Of a stretch of DNA of 64,000 nucleotides, positions 58,368-64,000 are shown piece after piece. How positions within the stretch are numbered: the first letter of the stretch is position 1; each line of letters begins with the position of its first letter. The stretch covers positions 2,592,001-2,656,000 of the forward strand of contig CAWGAA010000001.1 in NCBI GenBank assembly GCA_963820525.1, read 5' to 3'. Made by a program: the position numbers and the translations under genes. Below the pieces are notes generated by a model that was given only the letters and a program-made list of their open reading frames with translations, did no database searches and was not told where the DNA came from. The DNA is from an uncultured Spirochaetota bacterium. Lineage in GTDB: Bacteria; Spirochaetota; Spirochaetia; SZUA-6; Fen-1364.

Positions 58368-59270
58368 CTATCCCGCTCCCCCGCCGACTCTCGAGATAAG
58401 GGAGTCGATCTTGTCTCTCAATGCAGCTCCGAGCGTCTTGTCCGGGTGCCATGCCGACAGGTCCTTGAGATAGGAAAATGTATCCACCAGCAAGGGGCGA
58501 GTCAGGGAATCTGGCTTCTGCGGGGCCTGTGGGCGATAGCTTTGCACGATCTTATCCCGTAGACCTTTACGTCCCTCGAGGCGCGACTTGAGCATCTCCA
58601 TTGTGAGCCGCTCGCCGCTGGCCCGGAATTTCCTCTTGTGCCGCTCGGGAAGATATTCGGATAGTTTCTCCAGATAGTCAAGAAGCTCGCGGGGGGTGCG
58701 CTTTGCCTGGGGCCCCGAGCCGAGCTTCTCCTTGACATGGTTCAGATAGTCTCGAAGCTCCTTGCGGACTTCCTCAGCGGATTTTTCGCCTGCCGCCTGC
58801 TTCTCGCGAGCCCTGGGAGGCGGAGCAGGCGCTTTCCTGGGCGCACGGGCGGCAGGGGCCTCTGCGGCAATCGGCGCAGCCGCGCTCACCTTGACCTGCT
58901 TGGGTTTTGGGGCAGGGGCCCCGACGGGCGGCGCGGAGACCGCACCAGGGGGCTCGGGCTTAGGCTTGGGCGCAGGCGCCCTGGCAGGCGGCGCGGAGAC
59001 CGCACCAGGGGGCTCGGGCTTAGGCTTGGGCGCAGGCGCCCTGGCAGGCGGCGCGGAGACCGCACCAGGGGGCTCGGGCTTAGGCTTGGGCGCAGGCGCC
59101 CTGGCAGGCGGCGCTTTCATCGCCGGCACCTCAAGCGGGGCCTTGCCGGAGAGCTCTTGTTTCGGGGGGACAGAAATGCCTTTGCCGGGAGGAGTCTGGC
59201 GTTTGTCCGGACCCCTGAGGGGTGCCTTAGCCGTTTTTCTCTCCTCGGTCATGGCGGGTGGTGAAGGCAC
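58368..59270 (-). CDS. C-terminal part of the large TPR protein (Pro/Ala-rich linker + helical domain), separated by a frameshift
   Basis: 20-aa repeats APPARAPAPKPKPEPPGAVS; frame open upstream through PEPQTIIVQV. Confidence 0.7.
   Translation of the reverse strand: MPSPPAMTEERKTAKAPLRGPDKRQTPPGKGISVPPKQELSGKAPLEVPAMKAPPARAPAPKPKPEPPGAVSAPPARAPAPKPKPEPPGAVSAPPARAPAPKPKPEPPGAVSAPPVGAPAPKPKQVKVSAAAPIAAEAPAARAPRKAPAPPPRAREKQAAGEKSAEEVRKELRDYLNHVKEKLGSGPQAKRTPRELLDYLEKLSEYLPERHKRKFRASGERLTMEMLKSRLEGRKGLRDKIVQSYRPQAPQKPDSLTRPLLVDTFSYLKDLSAWHPDKTLGAALRDKIDSLISRVGGGAG
58927..59114. repeat. 60-bp perfect tandem repeat, about 3.1 copies, coding
   Basis: GGCGGCGCGGAGACCGCACCAGGGGGCTCGGGCTTAGGCTTGGGCGCAGGCGCCCTGGCA x3. 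Confidence 0.95.
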
Positions 59271-61663
59271 CTGTACGATAATGGTTTGGGGCTCGGGAGG
59301 GGGGGAGGCGGCTGTTGGGGGATCTCCACGGTGATTATCTGGGGCCTCTCCTCGATCTTCCGCGAGAGATCCGTTAGCCGGTCGAAGAGCCTGTCCACCA
59401 TCTTCTGCTGGGCATCGATCGATTCTTTCAGGGATTTTGCCAGGGCGGTGTCGGGCTGGGGCTGGATGATGTGCTGTACGATCTGAGGAGGAGCGGGGGG
59501 GAGCGGGGCCGGTGCTTGTGATGGGGCCGGTGCTTGCGCAGGCATAGGCGGGGGTGTTCTTTCGGCCGCAATGGCCTGGGCGGCTGCTCCGGGAGACATC
59601 GTAGTGATGGCACCGGAAGCGCCGCCGCCCGCGCCCATCGCGCCTGGAAAGGCGGATGATGCGGCTCCCGCCGCAAGGCCGCCCGGGAAAAAGGCTGAAG
59701 CGGCGCCCCCAACACCGGCAGCTGTGCCGCCGGCAGCACCACCGCCACCACCGGCAGCACCACCGCCACCACCGCCAGGCCCCCCAGGAGCCTGGGAAGG
59801 CAGAGGGGTGGGAGGCTGGAAGGTCTGAAGCGCGGGGTTTTCCTCGTACAGTTCCTGGCCCTGGAGCAGGTTCACGAGGTTCGGCGGCCGCTCGTCCTCT
59901 ATGGAGATCGTCTGGTCCGGAAGCTCGCTCTCCTCCTCGAGAGTGAGGATCTCCGGGACTTCCTCCACGGAGAGAACCGGCTCCATTCCGCCGACGTTGA
60001 TGATGGGCACCGTGTCTTCTTGCAGCGGCTCGATGTCCTCGAGCATGAGGGAGTCCTCTTCGGAGGCTTCCTTTGCAGGGCGCACGGATTCCACCGTCAT
60101 CTCGCGCAGGTGCCGGATAGTCCGCTCCCTCTCCTCCCGGAAGTCCTTCTCATGCTCGGCAATCGCCTTCTCGTATTCCTCGATTGTCCGAGAAAGCTCG
60201 TCGATGTCTTGCGGGCTTCCCCCGGCCCGCAGGACATTGATGAGGCCTTCCATCGTCTCGATTGCTTTCTCCGGTTGTCCCGTAGAGCGGTAGACGCGGG
60301 CAAGGTGCTGGTACGCTTCCTGCTCCTCGGGGGCAGCCTCGATCAGCTCCCGGAGGGTTTGCGCCGCCTGCGCGGCGAGCCCTTGATCGTAATACAGGTC
60401 TGCGAGAAGGATCTTCGCCCGCGTATCGCCCGGGTTGGCTGAAATGTAGCGTGCGACTTCCTCCTCGGCCTTTTTCGCTTCTCCCTTGTCCTTCCATAAA
60501 AAGGCAAGATCGAGGCGGAAATCCTGGTCAGCCGTATCGCTTTGCTGAAGCCTGCGAAAGCAGGCCAGGGCCTTCTCCGTGTCACCCGCTTTCCGCCAGA
60601 CCGCGGCAAGGGATCTCAAGGCACGTGAGTTGGCAGGCTCCTTTGCCAGCACGGCCTCCAGATGTTCCGTCGCTTCCTTGAGGTTTTCGAGCTGGAGGTA
60701 GATTCCGCCCAGCCGAAGGCGGGCTTCCGTGTCTTCGGGGTTTATTGAAACAAGTTTTTTAAGCTCCTCCAGGGCATCGGTCGTCCTTCCGGCCCTTTCA
60801 AGGACGTCGGCGAGGTTGGAGATCGCAGGGGTGTAGCGCGGGTCTGACCGTGATGCGCCGCGGTACGCCTCGATCGCATCCTCGAACCGGCCCTGCGCGG
60901 CCAGGGCAACACCAAGGTTGTTGAGCGCTCGGGCGTTGGCCGGCTCGCTCCTGAGCGCCTCCCGCAGCGCCTTCTCGGAGCCCTTCTCCTCTCCCATGCG
61001 GTGGAGGGTCACACCGAGGTTGTTCAGCGCATCGGGCCAGGAAGGCTTCAGGTGGACAGCAGCCTCGTATTCCTCCCTTGCTTCCGCGAGCTTTCCGATA
61101 CGCTCGAAGACGATCCCGAGGTTGTAGTGCAGCCGGCTCTGGTTTGCGTCACCCTGGAGGCCCTTCTGGTAGATCCGGATCGCCTCTCCATACCTGCCGA
61201 GGCCTTCCAGCACCGTGCCGAGGTTGTTGTAGGCAGGCACGAAGGAAGGATCCACGGCGATGGCCTTCTGGTAGTTTTCCTCGGCCTGGGGGAGGTTTCC
61301 CAGGGCCTTGTAGACATTGCCGAGGTTGTAATAGACGTCGCCGCGCTGGGGCGACAGGTCGATGGCGCGCTCGAAATGGGGGATGGCCTCCCCGTATGCC
61401 TCGAGGCGCTTGAGGACGATGCCGAGGTTGTTGTGCGCCTCGGTGTATTTCGGATTCACCTCAACGGCTTTGCCGAAGAGCTCCGCCGCGCGGCGGAACC
61501 GGCCCGTTCTCTCGCATGCGGAGCCCAGCAGATTGTAGGCCGCGGCGGAGCCCGGCTGTTCCTCCAGCACGCGCAGGGCCAGCTTCTCCACCAGGGGGTA
61601 TTCCCCCATCTTGAAGGCATTGCGCGCCCGGATGAAGATCTCCTCCGCGCCCATCGTCTTCAC
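59249..61663 (-). CDS. Large TPR repeat protein (N-terminal part)
   Basis: Numerous TPRs (AHNNLG, YYNLG, AYNNLG, ALNNLG), then acidic and Gly/Pro-rich regions. Confidence 0.88.
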   Translation of the reverse strand: MKTMGAEEIFIRARNAFKMGEYPLVEKLALRVLEEQPGSAAAYNLLGSACERTGRFRRAAELFGKAVEVNPKYTEAHNNLGIVLKRLEAYGEAIPHFERAIDLSPQRGDVYYNLGNVYKALGNLPQAEENYQKAIAVDPSFVPAYNNLGTVLEGLGRYGEAIRIYQKGLQGDANQSRLHYNLGIVFERIGKLAEAREEYEAAVHLKPSWPDALNNLGVTLHRMGEEKGSEKALREALRSEPANARALNNLGVALAAQGRFEDAIEAYRGASRSDPRYTPAISNLADVLERAGRTTDALEELKKLVSINPEDTEARLRLGGIYLQLENLKEATEHLEAVLAKEPANSRALRSLAAVWRKAGDTEKALACFRRLQQSDTADQDFRLDLAFLWKDKGEAKKAEEEVARYISANPGDTRAKILLADLYYDQGLAAQAAQTLRELIEAAPEEQEAYQHLARVYRSTGQPEKAIETMEGLINVLRAGGSPQDIDELSRTIEEYEKAIAEHEKDFREERERTIRHLREMTVESVRPAKEASEEDSLMLEDIEPLQEDTVPIINVGGMEPVLSVEEVPEILTLEEESELPDQTISIEDERPPNLVNLLQGQELYEENPALQTFQPPTPLPSQAPGGPGGGGGGAAGGGGGAAGGTAAGVGGAASAFFPGGLAAGAASSAFPGAMGAGGGASGAITTMSPGAAAQAIAAERTPPPMPAQAPAPSQAPAPLPPAPPQIVQHIIQPQPDTALAKSLKESIDAQQKMVDRLFDRLTDLSRKIEERPQIITVEIPQQPPPPLPSPKPLSYRCLHHPP

Positions 61664-63165
61664 GGATAGATCCTCGAGGGCCGCGCGCTCACTTCGCTCG
61701 CGAAAGCGCTCTGCTGGGGAGGCTCGGAATCGTCATAGGAAACGACCGTGAAGTAGTACAGCTTTCCATTCTCCAGATTCGATATCTCCGCCCGCGTCGT
61801 GTCGCCTACGTCTATCGGTGAATCGCCCAGGCCGGATCCGGTCCCGAGGAAGGTATGGGGAGCGTCCCCGTAATAGACCCGGTAACCTTTCACGTCGAGG
61901 TCGTTCACCTTCCGCCATGTGAGAGTCACCTTCCCGTTTCCGGGCGCCGCGCGCACCGCGGCCGGGGGTGTCGGCGGCAGGTTGGGCTGGTATGCAACGG
62001 TGAGGCTGGAGACACGGGGGGAAACGTCGCGCGCCCCGTCGGGAAAAAGCTCCACCATGAGCTGGAGGTATCTGCCCCGGACCTTTTCGCCGAAATCCGT
62101 TCCCGGCAGGAAAGGTACCCAATCGGTCCCCTCGAGGGACCGCGGGTTGGTCCATGAGTCAGAAATCTTGTAGGAGAATGCGACCCCCGAATCCGACGGG
62201 GTCAAGTAGACGGAGTCTATCCTCGCTACGCGGGTGGAGGCGAACTTCAGGTCGATGATCCTGGAAACGACGCTGCCCGAGCTTCCCGAAAACTTCTGGA
62301 TTGACGGGGACTGGACGAACCGTCTGCTCATGCGAAGCTCATCGAGAAAGCCCGTGTAGTCGCCCGCCAGGACGAGCTCTCCAGGGAACCCCGCGGAAAG
62401 ACGCGGGACCGCCACGGACCCTCCTTCTTTTCCCGTGTCCGTGAGGTGGATGGCCGCTTCCGGCACCCCATCGATCGCGTATTCCAGGAGCCCAATGGTG
62501 CTGTCGAAGCGAAGGAGGTGATGGTGCCACACGCGGGGGAGAAGCTTGCGGGTGCCCGAAAGCGTGAAGGAGAGCGGCCTGCCGTCGGGCAGGATGAAGA
62601 AGTTCCTGAAATCCCAGGTCAGCATCCTGTTTCGAAGCTCGGCGCTCATGCCCTGCGCGGCCAGGCCCGCGGCATCCTTCTGGGCGCCCTGCCAGGAGAA
62701 AACCGTTTCCCCGCGGGAGAGCAAAGACGGGTACATCCAGAACTCGATCGTGAAGTCTCCCCAGACGGAGCCGGGGGAGAACAGGGACCCGCCCGGTCTG
62801 GAAAACGGCCTGCCGCCATCGCCGCCCGGGAAAACAGCGCTTCCCGCTCCGAGCTCAGAGACCGCGGTGGAAATCGCCGGCCCGGCGCCCGCGAATCTGT
62901 AGCCGCCCGCGGCGTCGGCTTCCCCGGGAGAATCGAAGTGGAAGAGGAACTCGGTTCCGCTGTCAGCAGCGTATTCGGACATGAGAAGGGCGAGGTCCTT
63001 CAGCCCCCACTTTCCCGCGACCATGGCCACCCCATCGAAGCTCCCCATGTCCTTCCACAGGGAATCCTTTCCCAGCTCCACGGTCCGAAGCTGTGCAGGG
63101 AGCGATCCCGCAGCAAGGAGGAGGCAGAGAACCAGCGACCCGGGGAGTGTTTTTTTCCGGACCAT
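61660..63165 (-). CDS. Exported LamG/concanavalin-like + FN3 domain protein
   Basis: Signal peptide; LFHFD, DFTIEFW, WHHH, GFLDELR; C-terminal FN3 (VTLTW, GYRVYYG, LENGKLYYFTV). Confidence 0.8.
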   Translation of the reverse strand: MVRKKTLPGSLVLCLLLAAGSLPAQLRTVELGKDSLWKDMGSFDGVAMVAGKWGLKDLALLMSEYAADSGTEFLFHFDSPGEADAAGGYRFAGAGPAISTAVSELGAGSAVFPGGDGGRPFSRPGGSLFSPGSVWGDFTIEFWMYPSLLSRGETVFSWQGAQKDAAGLAAQGMSAELRNRMLTWDFRNFFILPDGRPLSFTLSGTRKLLPRVWHHHLLRFDSTIGLLEYAIDGVPEAAIHLTDTGKEGGSVAVPRLSAGFPGELVLAGDYTGFLDELRMSRRFVQSPSIQKFSGSSGSVVSRIIDLKFASTRVARIDSVYLTPSDSGVAFSYKISDSWTNPRSLEGTDWVPFLPGTDFGEKVRGRYLQLMVELFPDGARDVSPRVSSLTVAYQPNLPPTPPAAVRAAPGNGKVTLTWRKVNDLDVKGYRVYYGDAPHTFLGTGSGLGDSPIDVGDTTRAEISNLENGKLYYFTVVSYDDSEPPQQSAFASEVSARPSRIYP

Positions 63166-63228
63166 AGTCAGGTACACTGCTATTATAATCGGAATGCGGG
63201 GGTATTTCTATTGAAGGGATCCATCGCC

Positions 63229-64000
63229 GTGGAAAAGCGGGATTTTCCCGATCGGCCCGGCGTTTACATCATGAAGGACTCAAGCGGCGCTCCCATCTAC
63301 GTGGGCAAGGCCAAGAGCCTGAAGCACCGGGTCCGTTCCTACTTCGCGGGAGACAAGGACATCAAGACCAGGTTCCTCCTGGCCGCCATGGAGGACATCG
63401 AGGTCATCATCACGAATACGGAGTACGAGGCGCTGCTTCTGGAGAACAACCTTATCAAGCAGTGGAAGCCCCGGTACAACATCAACCTCAAGGACGGCAA
63501 GACCTACCCCGTCATCCGTCTCACCAATGAGGAGTTTCCCCGCGTGTTTCGCACCCGCAGGATCGTCTTCGACGGTTCGGAGTACTTCGGCCCCTTCCCC
63601 AAGCCCCACCAGATCGACATCTATCTCAAGCTGATCGAGCGCCATTTCAGGCTCTGCAAGTACCGCGGCTCGCGGAAGAGCCGATCGTATCCCTGCCTCA
63701 ACTACCACATGGGCCGCTGCAGCGGCGCCTGCTGCGGCAAGATCAGCCGCGAGGAGTACCTGAAGATCGTCGATGGCGTGAGAAAGCTCTTGAGCGGAAA
63801 GAGCGACGATCTGCTTGCGGATCTTCGCGAGGCGATGAAGGCCGCCTCCGAGGCGCTGGACTTCGAGCGGGCGGCCGGCCTCCGCGACCAGGCGGCGGCC
63901 ATCGAAGAGGTCTCCACCGAGCAGAGGGTGGAGGAGTTCAGCGAGACGGATCGGGACTACGTCGCCCTGGCTCCGGCCGGAGAGGCTTTCATCGTCGTCG
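63229..64000 (+). CDS. uvrC: Excinuclease ABC subunit C (partial)
   Basis: Manual translation: FPDRPGVYIMKD, YVGKAKSLKHRVRSYF, EALLLENNLIK, PRYNINLKDGKTYP, LDFERAA.LRD. Confidence 0.96.
   Translation, partial: MEKRDFPDRPGVYIMKDSSGAPIYVGKAKSLKHRVRSYFAGDKDIKTRFLLAAMEDIEVIITNTEYEALLLENNLIKQWKPRYNINLKDGKTYPVIRLTNEEFPRVFRTRRIVFDGSEYFGPFPKPHQIDIYLKLIERHFRLCKYRGSRKSRSYPCLNYHMGRCSGACCGKISREEYLKIVDGVRKLLSGKSDDLLADLREAMKAASEALDFERAAGLRDQAAAIEEVSTEQRVEEFSETDRDYVALAPAGEAFIVV

Noticed and set aside
58927..59114. CRISPR-like periodic repeat
   Set aside because: Head-to-tail 60-bp units without spacers, in frame within a Pro-rich coding region

Overview
This is a GC-rich bacterial chromosome segment spanning the replication origin. 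It is most consistent with a spirochaete, inferred from the gyrA-gyrB / dnaA-dnaN-recF-dciA-rpmH-rnpA-yidD-yidC-jag order, tRNA-Arg(GCG), and BMP and SH3 lipoproteins. Left arm (mostly - strand): BMP/ABC transporter, gatC-gatA-gatB-aspS operon, GH63-like hydrolase, recR-ybaB-dnaX, SRP RNA, a cluster of 4 tRNA-Ser plus tRNA-Arg(GCG), parAB, class III RNR (nrdD-nrdG), a CNNM-CBS-PTS EIIA protein, a perfect parS and gyrAB. The origin appears bipartite, with DnaA boxes upstream of dnaA and a box plus DnaA-trios before dnaN. Right arm: membrane and surface proteins, gap, a pncB-dcd-neuB-EIIA operon, tRNA-Ala, a glycosyltransferase/B12-radical SAM cluster, an IS1380 inserted in an SGNH lipoprotein gene, a LamG-TPR-HDOD-MBL operon and partial uvrC. 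The most striking item is GatB fused to a C-terminal asparaginase-like (GatD-like) domain that appears to lack two catalytic residues, in an operon with intact GatA and a non-discriminating AspRS. Other candidates are the CNNM-EIIA fusion, a beta-barrel/transglutaminase/TPR protein paired with an LVIVD lipoprotein, and a GT-C/GT2 fusion with a B12 radical SAM enzyme. All calls are by manual motif recognition; no searches were run. Two frameshifts and one missing stop codon could be sequencing or assembly errors.
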